From: Candidatus Latescibacterota bacterium
GTDB lineage: Bacteria; Latescibacterota; UBA2968; UBA8231
Length of the DNA stretch: 64,000 nt
Assembly: GCA_965219385.1 (NCBI GenBank)
Contig: CBDCNM010000002.1
Span: 654,639 to 718,638, forward strand
Reading direction: 5' to 3'
This document shows positions 1 to 10,165 of this stretch, piece after piece (the first letter of the stretch is position 1; every line of letters begins with the position of its first letter). The position numbers and the translations under genes are program-made. Under the pieces are notes generated by a model that was given only the letters and a program-made list of their open reading frames with translations, was not told the origin of the DNA and made no database searches.

Positions 1-96
1 AAAGAATCAGGGGACTACCCCCGAAAATGCTTCACTAAATTCACCCACTGAAGTGTCTCAAAACCCTTGACACATTCCTCTATATAAGGCGGTATC

Positions 97-1536
97 TCAG
101 GTTACGTCAACTCTTAGGAAAGCCACATTGGATGCCATAAACGCAACTAAAGCAAATAAAGTAAGCAAGAGTAAATCATGAGCCGTTGCCACAACCGTCG
201 AACGTGCGGACAGATCTTCCATAAAAATGGGCACTGTCTCCGGTGGCACGGATATATGAGACATGCCCTCTGTCAAGCCCAGCAAGTGAAAACTTTCTGA
301 ATCGCTCGCATCCCTCTCCTTGATAAAATTCCGAAATACAGACTCAAATTCACCTGCGTCTTGGATAAACCGGTAATGCCGTGAGATCCCCGTGTCAGCC
401 AAGGATTCGAGTGCGTACTGGAATACCCCGTACGGGGAGATGCGATTCAGTTTACGACCCCACTCGACTTGAGCCAACTGCTGTTGCAGAAAAACCTCTT
501 CAAATTGATGCTCTACAGAGTACCATTCAGCGACGTAATCGGCGAACTTCTCGACATAATCAGCGGGCATTTTGCCCTCGGGATTGGGATTCTGCAGCCG
601 GTCGATGCCATGTTTATGCTTCACAGCATCCACGGCATCCCGGCGTTCTTTCCATTGCAGATCCTTCATCTCGAAACTACTGCTGATGCCTGCCGTGGTA
701 TTGGGCAGGAGTACGATGAGCACGGTCCAGACCAGAAGCAAGATCACCAGACTGGCGGTTGGTCTCTCAAAACGTGATGAAACCAGAAGTCCCAGCCCCA
801 CGAAAAAAGCCAGGTAGAGCAACGCGGCTACGCCCATGGTCGCAAGTTTGAGTCCGATCTGAAGGGTTAGTATCATCGAGCCGAAAAGGGTGATGACCAA
901 CAGATTTACCAGCACCCCCAACGTTAGCGCCAAGGCCAGGACAAAAAAGGCTCCCAGGAACTTGCCACCCAGCACGGTAGTACGCGACACAGAGCCGCTG
1001 AGCAGAAGTGCAAGAGTACCGTTCTGACGCTCGCCACTGATACTGTCAAAAGTGAGCAGCACAGCCATCAAGCTGAGCACGAAACCGATGATGAACACCC
1101 AGTCGATCTCGACAAAGTCAGACACTACCCCTGAGGGAGGCAGCTCATTCGGGGTGCTGTATCTGAGAAACCAGGGGCTGTACAGCGTCAGACCCCAGTC
1201 AAATCTACTGATGCTTTCTCTGCTGCCCCCGTAAATAGTTTGCGGCAGATATTTATCGCGACCTGAAGCGCAAAAGACCAGAGGACTGGGTTGCTTGTAC
1301 AGGACTCCAACGCCTTCGATATACAGGTTTGACAGGTTTCCAGCGCGGTTTTGTAAATGCTTGATACTATTCTGTCTGTTCTCTATGAAATCATTCATTT
1401 GTCGCTGAAATGGACCGCCGGCAAAGAGGATGCCGTTCAGCGCCAGGAGCACAACGGCTAATACCAGAGTCAGGGCAAAGCGCACGCTCATCAGGTGGTC
1501 CAGCAGTTCGCGTTTGAAGATAACCCACAGCACCAT
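97..1536 (-). CDS. ABC-2 type transporter permease subunit
   Basis: Starts 'WVIFKRELLD', has 'FDSISGERQNGTLALLLSGSVSR' motif and multiple TM helices; start moved to ATG 1536. Confidence 0.85.
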   Translation of the reverse strand: MVLWVIFKRELLDHLMSVRFALTLVLAVVLLALNGILFAGGPFQRQMNDFIENRQNSIKHLQNRAGNLSNLYIEGVGVLYKQPSPLVFCASGRDKYLPQTIYGGSRESISRFDWGLTLYSPWFLRYSTPNELPPSGVVSDFVEIDWVFIIGFVLSLMAVLLTFDSISGERQNGTLALLLSGSVSRTTVLGGKFLGAFFVLALALTLGVLVNLLVITLFGSMILTLQIGLKLATMGVAALLYLAFFVGLGLLVSSRFERPTASLVILLLVWTVLIVLLPNTTAGISSSFEMKDLQWKERRDAVDAVKHKHGIDRLQNPNPEGKMPADYVEKFADYVAEWYSVEHQFEEVFLQQQLAQVEWGRKLNRISPYGVFQYALESLADTGISRHYRFIQDAGEFESVFRNFIKERDASDSESFHLLGLTEGMSHISVPPETVPIFMEDLSARSTVVATAHDLLLLTLFALVAFMASNVAFLRVDVT

Positions 1537-1543
1537 AAACCCC

Positions 1544-3094
1544 CTATGCAACCTCGCAACGCCGGAAGCGCCAGTAGGTGCCCAAAAAACAGAAGACACT
1601 GAAGGCGCCCAGGACCAACAGATTAGGAGCAGCGTAGGCCAGGCTCTGCCACAGGTTCAGCGGCGTCTCGTGAAAGCGGGGCAGCCCTTCCAGGGTAACC
1701 TTTTCTTCCTGGTCATTAAACCACTCGCGCGCAGAAAAATATCCTTCTTCTTCAAAGTGTTTGATCAACTGTTTGCGGTACTGCCGCGCATCTTCCAGGA
1801 AACGCCAGTAGTCCTCGCGATCGGTGCGCGCCATAATGGCGGTGGCATTCAGGAAGGCTCCGGCCGGCGATAGCAGCATCAGGTTGTGTGTCCAGGCTGC
1901 TGTCTCTCTCATGTATTCCTCCAATGGAGCCCAGGCTTCTGCCCAAATCTGATCGGCGTACCGGATACGTAGCTGCTGCGCCGCTGCGAAGAATTCCTTG
2001 AAGGTTTTTACTTTGCGCGCGATTTCTTCCGGCTTTTCGGGTTCTATAGGTGGGGACTCTCTGCCATGCTCGCGTATCCGTTTCTTGGATTCCTCTACCT
2101 GATCCGGCGTTCTGAAACTTCCTATCGTGTACCCCTTGGCACCACCCGAGCTTGAAGAGTGACCTCTCCAGCTGAACCTCGGACGTTCCGAGCCCGTTTT
2201 ATCTTTGGACAAACTCTCCAACTCTTTTCTTAACAGCCTGCTCAATTCCCCCTGCAATGCATGGGTTGACTTTGCCTGTTCCCGCACCGGTGCCAGCGTA
2301 TCCACGGTATAAGCCACGGCATTGGGATAGATCGCCACTGTACTCACCCAGATAAACATAGCGAATACTAGCGCGATGGCTGAGCGTTGGGTAAAGGTCG
2401 ACAGGATCAAGCCGATGAAGTACATGGCCATCAAATACAACAGCGAGGTGGCAAGTATCGCCGCAATGCGCGCGAAATCATCACTCCCCAGGCTCAACGT
2501 CGTGGAGGTTTGCACAAAGAGCAGTGCCACCAGGAACCCTATCAGCAGGATCACACTCAGAATACTCAAATGTCCTACTGTCTTGCCCAGGAGCACCTGG
2601 TCCCGAGCCACTGAATTGGCCAGCATCAGTTTCAGGGTGCCTTCTTCCCGCTCTCCAGAAATCGCGTCGTAGGCGAACAACAACGCCAGCAGTCCCAGAA
2701 TGATTTGCACGATCAGACTCAGGTCAATGGAGCGAAACACGACCATGTAGGGATTGGAGGTGGCCAACCACTCTGCCTGCACTGGCACTTCGTGGTGGGT
2801 GACCGCTACCTGATTCCCCTGCCAGCGATCCGACCCCACACTGAAGACGGCCAGTTGTCGCGGTTCCCTGAAAGCCTTGAGATCGTTGACCAGCTGGGCG
2901 TATACACCCTCCTCTTTTAGTTGTTCGTCGTACTCCTGCACGGCCTTTTGATAGGCCTCCCTTCGGGCACCATAGTCTTCGATTGACGATAGGATGCCGG
3001 CCGTCACGGCAACGATGCACAGAATCAGGCCTATGCCGAAACGATAGGTCAGCAAACTGGCTAAGAATTCCTTGCGTGCGATCATCCATACCAT
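1544..3094 (-). CDS. ABC-2 type transporter permease subunit (paralog of adjacent gene)
   Basis: 'WMIARKEF', 'YDAISGEREEGTLKLMLANSVAR' motif, TM helices. Confidence 0.85.
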   Translation of the reverse strand: MVWMIARKEFLASLLTYRFGIGLILCIVAVTAGILSSIEDYGARREAYQKAVQEYDEQLKEEGVYAQLVNDLKAFREPRQLAVFSVGSDRWQGNQVAVTHHEVPVQAEWLATSNPYMVVFRSIDLSLIVQIILGLLALLFAYDAISGEREEGTLKLMLANSVARDQVLLGKTVGHLSILSVILLIGFLVALLFVQTSTTLSLGSDDFARIAAILATSLLYLMAMYFIGLILSTFTQRSAIALVFAMFIWVSTVAIYPNAVAYTVDTLAPVREQAKSTHALQGELSRLLRKELESLSKDKTGSERPRFSWRGHSSSSGGAKGYTIGSFRTPDQVEESKKRIREHGRESPPIEPEKPEEIARKVKTFKEFFAAAQQLRIRYADQIWAEAWAPLEEYMRETAAWTHNLMLLSPAGAFLNATAIMARTDREDYWRFLEDARQYRKQLIKHFEEEGYFSAREWFNDQEEKVTLEGLPRFHETPLNLWQSLAYAAPNLLVLGAFSVFCFLGTYWRFRRCEVA

Positions 3095-3145
3095 CACAAA
3101 CCCAGTTCCGATTGGGGATTCCCTTCCTCTACCTGTTTTCTCCGG

Positions 3146-4276
3146 CTACCAGTTGGTATAGGAGCCGTCGTCTCTCTGCAGGCCGACGCCCGGACGCGGC
3201 CAGGGTTTCCCCGCCACGGCTGCCTCTTCGTCGAACTCCACGCCCAGGCCCGGGCGGTCGGGCGGCAGCAGATGGCCGTCGGCAAAGGGGACCTGCACCG
3301 GGAAGACATCGGTGTGGGTGGTGCCGGGGGGGCGCGGACATTCCTGCACCCCCACCAGGGGCGAGGACAGGCACAGGTGCAGGGAGGCGGCCGTGGCCAC
3401 CGGGCCCAGGGGATTGTGCGGCGCCAGGTGGATGTAGTGGGCTTCGCACCAGCCGGCGATCTTGCGCGCCTCGCTGAGACCGCCGACGATGCACACGTCC
3501 ATGCGGCAAAAGTCCATCAACTCCTCCTCAATGACCTGGCGGAAGGCCCACTTGCCGGTCCACTGCTCGCCCACGGCAATGGGCACCGAAGTATGCTGGC
3601 GCACCTGGCGCAGGCTCTCGGCGCTCTCGCTGCGGATCGGATCTTCGATGAAGAAGGGCCGGTAGGGCTCGACCCCGCGGCAAAACTGGATGGTGGCGGC
3701 CGGGTCCAGGCGGGTGTGCACGTCCACCAATATTTCGATCTCCTCGCCCAGTTCCCGGCGCACGGCCGCGACCTGCTCGATGCCGTAGCGCACTACGCGG
3801 GCCGGCTCCAGCAACTCGCCGCCCTGCGGGTCCACCAGGCCCCAGCGCACGAATTTCCAGCCAGCCGCCCGGGTCTGTTTGCAGCTGGCGAGAAGCTTGT
3901 CGATGTCCAGGGGGTCGCCGTTGTGCGGATAGCAGACTACCTTGTCGCGCACCCGGCCGCCCAGGAGCTGGTAGACCGGCACCCCCAGGGCCTTGCCCAT
4001 GATGTCCCACAGGGCGATGTCCACGGCGCTCACGGCGGCGCTCTGCACCCCGCCGCCGGGGAAGAAACCGCCCCTGTACATCACCTGCCACAAATGCTCG
4101 ATGCGAAAGGGGTCCTCTCCCACCAGGACGGGCGCCACGATGTTTACGACTTCGGCGACGGCCGGGCCGCGCAGGGACATGCCGGCTTCGCCGATGCCGT
4201 AGATGCCGGCGTCAGTCTCGACTTTGACGTAAATGCCGGCGTCCAGGACAAAGGGCTTGATTGCGGTGATTTTCAT
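3146..4276 (-). CDS. Mandelate racemase/muconate lactonizing enzyme family protein (galactonate dehydratase-like)
   Basis: 'MKITAIK', 'VKVETDAGIYGIGE', 'SAVDIALWDIMGKALGVPVYQLLGG', 'DVH', 'EDP', 'GE', 'PHNP', 'PGLGVE'. Confidence 0.9.
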   Translation of the reverse strand: MKITAIKPFVLDAGIYVKVETDAGIYGIGEAGMSLRGPAVAEVVNIVAPVLVGEDPFRIEHLWQVMYRGGFFPGGGVQSAAVSAVDIALWDIMGKALGVPVYQLLGGRVRDKVVCYPHNGDPLDIDKLLASCKQTRAAGWKFVRWGLVDPQGGELLEPARVVRYGIEQVAAVRRELGEEIEILVDVHTRLDPAATIQFCRGVEPYRPFFIEDPIRSESAESLRQVRQHTSVPIAVGEQWTGKWAFRQVIEEELMDFCRMDVCIVGGLSEARKIAGWCEAHYIHLAPHNPLGPVATAASLHLCLSSPLVGVQECPRPPGTTHTDVFPVQVPFADGHLLPPDRPGLGVEFDEEAAVAGKPWPRPGVGLQRDDGSYTNW

Positions 4277-4285
4277 GCGCCACTC

Positions 4286-5224
4286 CTACAAGGTTACCAC
4301 GCCTTTGATGTATCCCTCCACTTCGCCGGCGACCAACCTCTGCATAAACTGCGGGTACTCCTGCAGAGACACCACGTGCGTCACCAGCGGTCTGAGGTCA
4401 ATGATGCCCTTTTGCAGCAGGATGATGGCCGGCGGGAAGGTGTTGCGCAGCTGCGCCGACGGACTGGAATTGACAATGCTCAGTCCCTTGGTATGCCAGG
4501 CGCTCGGGTTGAAATGGGCCTGCTCCCCCTTGATCCAGCCGAATAAATTGATACGCCCGCCCGAACGCACAATATCGGTGGCCAGATCCAGCCCCTGCTG
4601 CGCCCCGCTGGCATCCACCACCACATCGATGCCGCGCCCCCGCAGATCCTCCTGCACCTGGCCGAAGTCCGCAGCCGCCACATTATAGGCCTCGCTGGCC
4701 CCCATTTCGAGCGCCAGTTGCAAGCGCCTTTCATCGACGTCGAGGGTGATGAGCTGTTCGGCCCCCATGCCGGCCAGTCCCTGTAGCATCATCAGGCCCA
4801 TAAAGCCGCCGCCGACCATGGCCAGGCGCTCGCCCGCGCGCAGCTGGCAGTGGTCGATCCCCGTGACCGCGCAGGCCACCGGCTCCACGATCCAGTGGGA
4901 GGCTTCCAGCTCCGTTTCTGGTATCCTGTTAAGCTGCGACGCGGTTGCGTTGCGCAAGCGCGCGAAGCCGCCGCCGACCACCTGCTGCCCCACTTCCATG
5001 CCCTCGACGTCCGGCCCCAGCTTGGCCACGTACCCCACGCCCTCGTGCCCGGGCGGGGCGGCAAAGGGGGCGTCGGCCCCTGCTTTGAAGGTCTGTATGT
5101 CCCAGGCGCAGATGCCGCAGGCAGCCACCTCGATCTGCACCTCGCCGGGACCGGGCTCGCCGACTTCGATATCGACCAGCTCGGCGCCGCCGCCCTCCTT
5201 GTAGCGCATGCTCCGGACTTTCAT
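4286..5224 (-). CDS. Zinc-binding alcohol dehydrogenase (MDR family)
   Basis: 'CGICAWD', 'GHEGVG', 'EPVAC', 'GGGFMG'; ATG 5224 overlaps the upstream stop. Confidence 0.85.
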   Translation of the reverse strand: MKVRSMRYKEGGGAELVDIEVGEPGPGEVQIEVAACGICAWDIQTFKAGADAPFAAPPGHEGVGYVAKLGPDVEGMEVGQQVVGGGFARLRNATASQLNRIPETELEASHWIVEPVACAVTGIDHCQLRAGERLAMVGGGFMGLMMLQGLAGMGAEQLITLDVDERRLQLALEMGASEAYNVAAADFGQVQEDLRGRGIDVVVDASGAQQGLDLATDIVRSGGRINLFGWIKGEQAHFNPSAWHTKGLSIVNSSPSAQLRNTFPPAIILLQKGIIDLRPLVTHVVSLQEYPQFMQRLVAGEVEGYIKGVVTL

Positions 5225-5655
5225 AGCTGCATTCCCTTCCGGTAAATGGATTGGATTAGAGCGCCACGCCATTCTTCTTTGTCGCCGGTGATGTCCACCA
5301 CATTGCCGTCCGGATCCATCACCTTGAAGGCCAGTTCGGGGAGCTGGTCCTGGTCGATGGCATTGCGGCCCTTGACGGTTTTTTCCATGAGGGCACCCCA
5401 CTCGTGCAGGCGTTGCCACACGGCTTCAAAGTCCTCGACGTAAATGCCGAAGTGGATGTACTCCTCGCCCTCTTCCAGGCGGGGACGCTCTTTGTCCCCA
5501 TGCGGGAGCAGGGTGATGTTGATGGTGCCGTCGCTCAGGTCCATGGCGACCCCGCTGGGGCGGTAGTCGACGAATTTGAAGCCGATGGTTTCGTAGAAGC
5601 GGCGCGAGATTTCTACGTCGCGGCAACGCAGGGCGAGGTGGCGCAACAGGGCCAT
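5221..5655 (-). CDS. VOC/glyoxalase family protein
   Basis: 'LRHLALRCRD...SRRFY', 'HFGIYVED', 'DPDGNVVDI'; GAGGAGG RBS before ATG 5655. Confidence 0.85.
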   Translation of the reverse strand: MALLRHLALRCRDVEISRRFYETIGFKFVDYRPSGVAMDLSDGTINITLLPHGDKERPRLEEGEEYIHFGIYVEDFEAVWQRLHEWGALMEKTVKGRNAIDQDQLPELAFKVMDPDGNVVDITGDKEEWRGALIQSIYRKGMQL

Positions 5656-5779
5656 GGGGTCCTCCTCCGTTTGGTTGTTCCTTGGTGAATGGCTGATAAT
5701 ACTGGACCTGATCCGGGTTGTCAAGGAAGGCCGCGGATGGCCGACACAGGTCGCGGGGCTTCTGAAAAGTGCTGGCTTC

Positions 5780-7087
5780 TCAATCGTCAGTTAAGGCCAC
5801 GCGCCCCCCGCTCCAGGTATCGGGCTTTGCGGTTGCCGTTGGCCAGAATCCCCCGGGATCTTCGGCCCACAACTCGCCGCACATCGAAGTAATCAGGCGC
5901 CACTCCGCCGCCCCGAAATCCGGCTCCGGATGGTAGAGAAAACGCTTCAGTCCCGCCCGCTGCGAAGCCGTCAGAATCCCGTGCAGGTCCCTGGCCGGCA
6001 TAGGATCCCCGCCGTGCGGTTCGCGCCCCGTCGAGACCCAGGCAATCACCTTGTCCGCATCGCCGATGGCGTCCAGCGCCCGCCGCGTCTCGTTGTAGAC
6101 CACCTCGCTGAAGAAGGCCTCCGGGAAGCCCATCTCCAGATCCATCAACGAGCTCACCCCGGGCAGATCAATGCCCAGAAGCGCCTGCACCACGGAGAAA
6201 CAGTCCTCTTCCGTCAAAGGAGGATTCCACCTTTTAAGCCGTTGTACCCAGCGTCCGATCGTTCCGTACATGCCATCGATACCGCGGTGCCAGAAATAGT
6301 GTTTGGGAAAGATGTAGTCGAAGTAGGGCACCATCTGCTGGTAGTTTTGCCCGGTGAGGGATGAGAATGTCACGGCGCGCGGGATGCCGCCCAGCTCCAG
6401 TTTGCGGTCCACCCCTTCGAACCATCCTCGCGCCCGCTGCCACTCGAAACGCGAGATCTCCTGGCGCATGCGCAACCAGTAGAGCGCATCCTCGTTTATG
6501 TCGAAGAGCGTCAGGGCGCCCAGTACACCGCCGGCGGCGTGGTAGCGCACCAGATCGGGGGTGAGATTGTGCAAGCGCTGCCGCAGGTGGCCCAGGCCGC
6601 GTTGCAGGCGGTCGATCTCGGCGCCGATCTGGGCGAAGCGGTCCTCCTCCCCCGGCCGGAGCTCGAAGAGTTCACCGCCGTGGTGGAACTCCAGCTCGTA
6701 GTGGTTCTCGCCCGGTCCGTCGACAATGAAGCCCTGCACCTGGGGGAAGGTATTGACCAGATCCTGCACCGCGGCCGGGGAGCCACCTGCGCCGAAAATC
6801 AGAATCGGCCAGCCGCGCGCCGCGGCGTCGTCCATCATCGCCCGCAGCTTTTTCTCCTTTTCCAGATCGCGCGGCCCCGCCTCCGGGGCCTCCTCGCCGA
6901 AGGCGGCGTAGACCTTTGGGTCGGGCGCAAATGCCGCAATCCGCGCACCGTCTTCCTGGAGGAACTGCATGCGGCCGACGACGATGCCGCGCACCCCGCC
7001 CACCTCCCAGGCATCGAAACGCTGTTTGAACCCCTCCATCCAGTGCTCGAGCGGGCTGTCACTGCAGGTAAAAACCCAGAATTCCAT
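5780..7087 (-). CDS. Conserved hypothetical protein (paralog of 18863-20251)
   Basis: 435-aa ORF with RBS; shares 'GIVVGR', 'VRYHAAGG', 'FDYIFPKHYFWHRG', 'VIAWVSTGR' with the paralog. Confidence 0.8.
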   Translation of the reverse strand: MEFWVFTCSDSPLEHWMEGFKQRFDAWEVGGVRGIVVGRMQFLQEDGARIAAFAPDPKVYAAFGEEAPEAGPRDLEKEKKLRAMMDDAAARGWPILIFGAGGSPAAVQDLVNTFPQVQGFIVDGPGENHYELEFHHGGELFELRPGEEDRFAQIGAEIDRLQRGLGHLRQRLHNLTPDLVRYHAAGGVLGALTLFDINEDALYWLRMRQEISRFEWQRARGWFEGVDRKLELGGIPRAVTFSSLTGQNYQQMVPYFDYIFPKHYFWHRGIDGMYGTIGRWVQRLKRWNPPLTEEDCFSVVQALLGIDLPGVSSLMDLEMGFPEAFFSEVVYNETRRALDAIGDADKVIAWVSTGREPHGGDPMPARDLHGILTASQRAGLKRFLYHPEPDFGAAEWRLITSMCGELWAEDPGGFWPTATAKPDTWSGGRVALTDD

Positions 7088-7235
7088 CTTGAAATCTCCT
7101 TCTGTGTAAAGCGCAAAACAGATCTCATGCTTGCGCGAGGATTTCTCAAACTATCTCCGGCACTGTGCTTTGTCAATCGATTGTGTATATTGATTATCTG
7201 GGCCCTGACGATTTTATCAAAGGAGACGCTCGATC

Positions 7236-8576
7236 ATGCTGTATCACAGATTGCGGGAACTGGAAGAAAAAGGCCAGACCATCCAGGTCGGCTTGATCGC
7301 CGCCGGGACCTTTGGCACCCAGATCGTGGCCCAGATGGCCAACGCTCCCGGCATGCGGGTCGCCGCCGTCGCCGAACTCGACCCCGAAAAGGCGATCCGC
7401 GCCTTTGGTCTGGGCGGCATTGAAAGGGATCGGGTGCTTACCGCCGAGACCCCCGACGACATCAACCAAGCCATAGCCTCAGGGCGTCCCGCCGTCACCC
7501 GAAGCGCGTCGGCGATGATGGAGAGCCGGGTGGATGTGGTGATCGAAGCCACGGGCCGTGTCGAGGTCGGGGCCGGACACGCCCGCTACGCCATTGGCCA
7601 GGGCAAACACGTGGTCATGGTCACGGTGGAGGCGGACGTGGTCGTGGGTTGTCAATTGAAAAGACTCGCGGATGAGGCGGGCGTCCTCTACAGCGCAGCC
7701 TACGGCGACGAACCTTCCCTGGCCGCGGAGTTGTGGGACTGGGCCCGGACCCTCGGGTTCAGGGTGGTTGCCTGCGGCAAGGGCACCCGCTTCAAGACCT
7801 CTTTCCGCAAGGCCAATCCGGACGATGTGCCGAGGATGTACGGTTTCACTGGTACGGACTACAACGCCCAGATGTTCGGCTCCTTCCTCGACGGCACCAA
7901 GCACGGCATCGAGATGGCGGCCCTGGCCAATATGAGCGGGCTGGTCCCCGACGTGCGCGGCCTGCACTTTCCCTGCGCCGATCTCAGAGAGATCCCCGAT
8001 ATCCTCTGCCACCGGGACAAGGGGGGCATACTCGAAAACGAGGGGGTCGTCGAGGCGGTCAGCTCCATTGACGAAAACGAGGTGGCGGTCGAGCGCAGCA
8101 TCCGGGGCGGGCTCTACTGCGTGGTCGATGGCGCCACCCCTTTCATCGTCGAATCCCTCGGTTCGTACGGCGAGATCATCGGCCAGATCATCGGCCGGCG
8201 CAGCAACTACACCATGATCTACCGGCCGCAGCACTGGTGCGGCCACGAGATGCCCATAACCGTGGCGCGCATGGTGCTGGACCACCAGACCTGCGGCCAG
8301 CCCATGGGGCAGTTCGCCGAGGTCGTGGCCAGCGCCAAGAAATCCCTTCCCGCGGGCACGGTTCTCGACGGCGAGGGGGGCTACTGCGTGTACGGATTGA
8401 TCGAAAAGGCGGCCGTGGCCCGGGAGGAAAACCTGTTGCCCATGGGGCTTTCTCAGGGGGCCGTACTGAAACGGGATATCCCCGAGGACGGGGTGGTGCG
8501 CTACGACGACGTGGATTTGTCCGATTCGCCGGCGCTGGAGTTGAGGCGGCTGCAGGACGCGGCGGTTGCCGAGTAA
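7236..8576 (+). CDS. NAD(P)-dependent oxidoreductase with C-terminal SAF domain (homoserine dehydrogenase-like, COG4091 type)
   Basis: 'VGLIAAGTFG', 'EATG', 'GDEP', 'FLDGTK', 'LDGEGGYCVYG', 'LPMGL'. Confidence 0.85.
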   Translation: MLYHRLRELEEKGQTIQVGLIAAGTFGTQIVAQMANAPGMRVAAVAELDPEKAIRAFGLGGIERDRVLTAETPDDINQAIASGRPAVTRSASAMMESRVDVVIEATGRVEVGAGHARYAIGQGKHVVMVTVEADVVVGCQLKRLADEAGVLYSAAYGDEPSLAAELWDWARTLGFRVVACGKGTRFKTSFRKANPDDVPRMYGFTGTDYNAQMFGSFLDGTKHGIEMAALANMSGLVPDVRGLHFPCADLREIPDILCHRDKGGILENEGVVEAVSSIDENEVAVERSIRGGLYCVVDGATPFIVESLGSYGEIIGQIIGRRSNYTMIYRPQHWCGHEMPITVARMVLDHQTCGQPMGQFAEVVASAKKSLPAGTVLDGEGGYCVYGLIEKAAVAREENLLPMGLSQGAVLKRDIPEDGVVRYDDVDLSDSPALELRRLQDAAVAE

Positions 8577-8773
8577 GGGCTCGTCGCCAATTAACTGGAC
8601 TACTCGGCGGCGCTGTTGAATGGGCGACTCTCTGGCCAATGACTCACTTATTTCGTAGCGAACCCTAAGCTACTGCAACCACCAGAAAATCGCAGCGGCG
8701 GATATGGGCCAACTGGTGGATTGGGATGGACTCGACCTGCTGCTGAATTTGATCATAATTTACCTGAGAGGTT

Positions 8774-10165
8774 ATGGCATTGGAAGGCTATGGCGGGTTT
8801 GTCCTGTGGCTCCTGGCCACGGTGGCCGGTGGGGGCGCTTTTGTCGTCCACCGATATGGCGTTGAAGAGATGGCGCACAAGCTGGGATGGGCGGCCTTTG
8901 TGTTTTTTATGGCCGCGGCTCTGGTGTGGATGTTCCGCGACACCTACGCCTATTACTTCGGCGCCAAGCGGGACGATCTGCGCATCTCCTACTGGGGTTC
9001 GTACCGCGAGCACGAGATGTGGGGCGATATCATCGCCGCGTTCGAGGCGCGCCACCCCGGCATTTCGGTAAAGGGCGAGTACATCACCACCCGCTACGAT
9101 GAAAAAATCCAGCAACTCCTGCTGGCCGACGAAGCCCCCGATATCATGCTCTTCCAGGACGAGCCCATGCCGCGCTTCATCTCCAGCGGCAAATTCGCCG
9201 CGCTGGACCCGTACCTGGAGCGGCCGGATCTGCCCATCGCCCTGGAACGGGATTACTGGCCCACGTCGGTGGTGTCCTTCCAGGAGGAGGGCCGCACCTA
9301 CGCCATCCCCATCTGGGGCGGCAACTGCCTGGTCATCTACAATCGCGCCGCCTTCCGCCAGGCCGGGGTAGCCGAACCGCCCGCCCGCTGGAGCACCGAC
9401 GAATTCCTCGAGACCTGCCGCAGGATCACCGCCGATGTCGACGGCGACGGGCGCATGGACCGCTATGGCTTCCTGGTGCCTCACTGGGTCTACTGGATGC
9501 CCTTCCACTACGCCTTTGGCGCCACCTTTCTCGACCCGGGGCGCACCCGCTGGACCCTGTGGGGAGAAGAGGCGGAAGCCTCCTTGGCGTTGTGGCGCGA
9601 TCTGCGCCACCGGTACCACGTGGCCCCGCACCGCGACGAGTTGACCGAGACCGGCAGCGTCGCCTTCATGACCGGGCGCGTGGCCATGTTCATCAGCGGG
9701 CCGTGGGCCATGCCGCCGCTCAACGAAGCCGGGGTGGACTACGATATCGCCCACATCCCTAGCGGCCCCGGGGGGCAGGGCACGCGCGTAACCTGGGATG
9801 GGCTGGCGCTGTTTTCGGGCTCGCGGAAAAAGGAGCAGGCGTGGAAGTTCATTCACTTTGCCACCAGCCTGCCCGTGGCCGAGATCGTCGCCCGCTACCA
9901 GCGCTCGGTGCCCGCGCTCAAGGCAGGTCAAGAGGCTTTCATCAAGGGCAATCCCCAGGTCCGGACCCGCCGTTTCATCGAAGCCATGGACTATGCCCGC
10001 TTTCAGCCCATCACTCTGCACTGGAACCTGATGAACCGCGAACTGGCCAGTGAGACCGACCTCTTGCTCGACGACCGTCAGACCACGCGCCAGACCCTGG
10101 CGCGGCTGGCGGACAACCCGCACCTCAAACGGCACTTTATCATGCCGGGGGAGAAAAATCCTTGA
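8774..10165 (+). CDS. Sugar ABC transporter substrate-binding protein
   Basis: 'FEARHPGISV', 'APDI', 'YAIP', 'YNRAAF', 'FMTGRVAMFISGPW'; followed by two permeases. Confidence 0.9.
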   Translation: MALEGYGGFVLWLLATVAGGGAFVVHRYGVEEMAHKLGWAAFVFFMAAALVWMFRDTYAYYFGAKRDDLRISYWGSYREHEMWGDIIAAFEARHPGISVKGEYITTRYDEKIQQLLLADEAPDIMLFQDEPMPRFISSGKFAALDPYLERPDLPIALERDYWPTSVVSFQEEGRTYAIPIWGGNCLVIYNRAAFRQAGVAEPPARWSTDEFLETCRRITADVDGDGRMDRYGFLVPHWVYWMPFHYAFGATFLDPGRTRWTLWGEEAEASLALWRDLRHRYHVAPHRDELTETGSVAFMTGRVAMFISGPWAMPPLNEAGVDYDIAHIPSGPGGQGTRVTWDGLALFSGSRKKEQAWKFIHFATSLPVAEIVARYQRSVPALKAGQEAFIKGNPQVRTRRFIEAMDYARFQPITLHWNLMNRELASETDLLLDDRQTTRQTLARLADNPHLKRHFIMPGEKNP

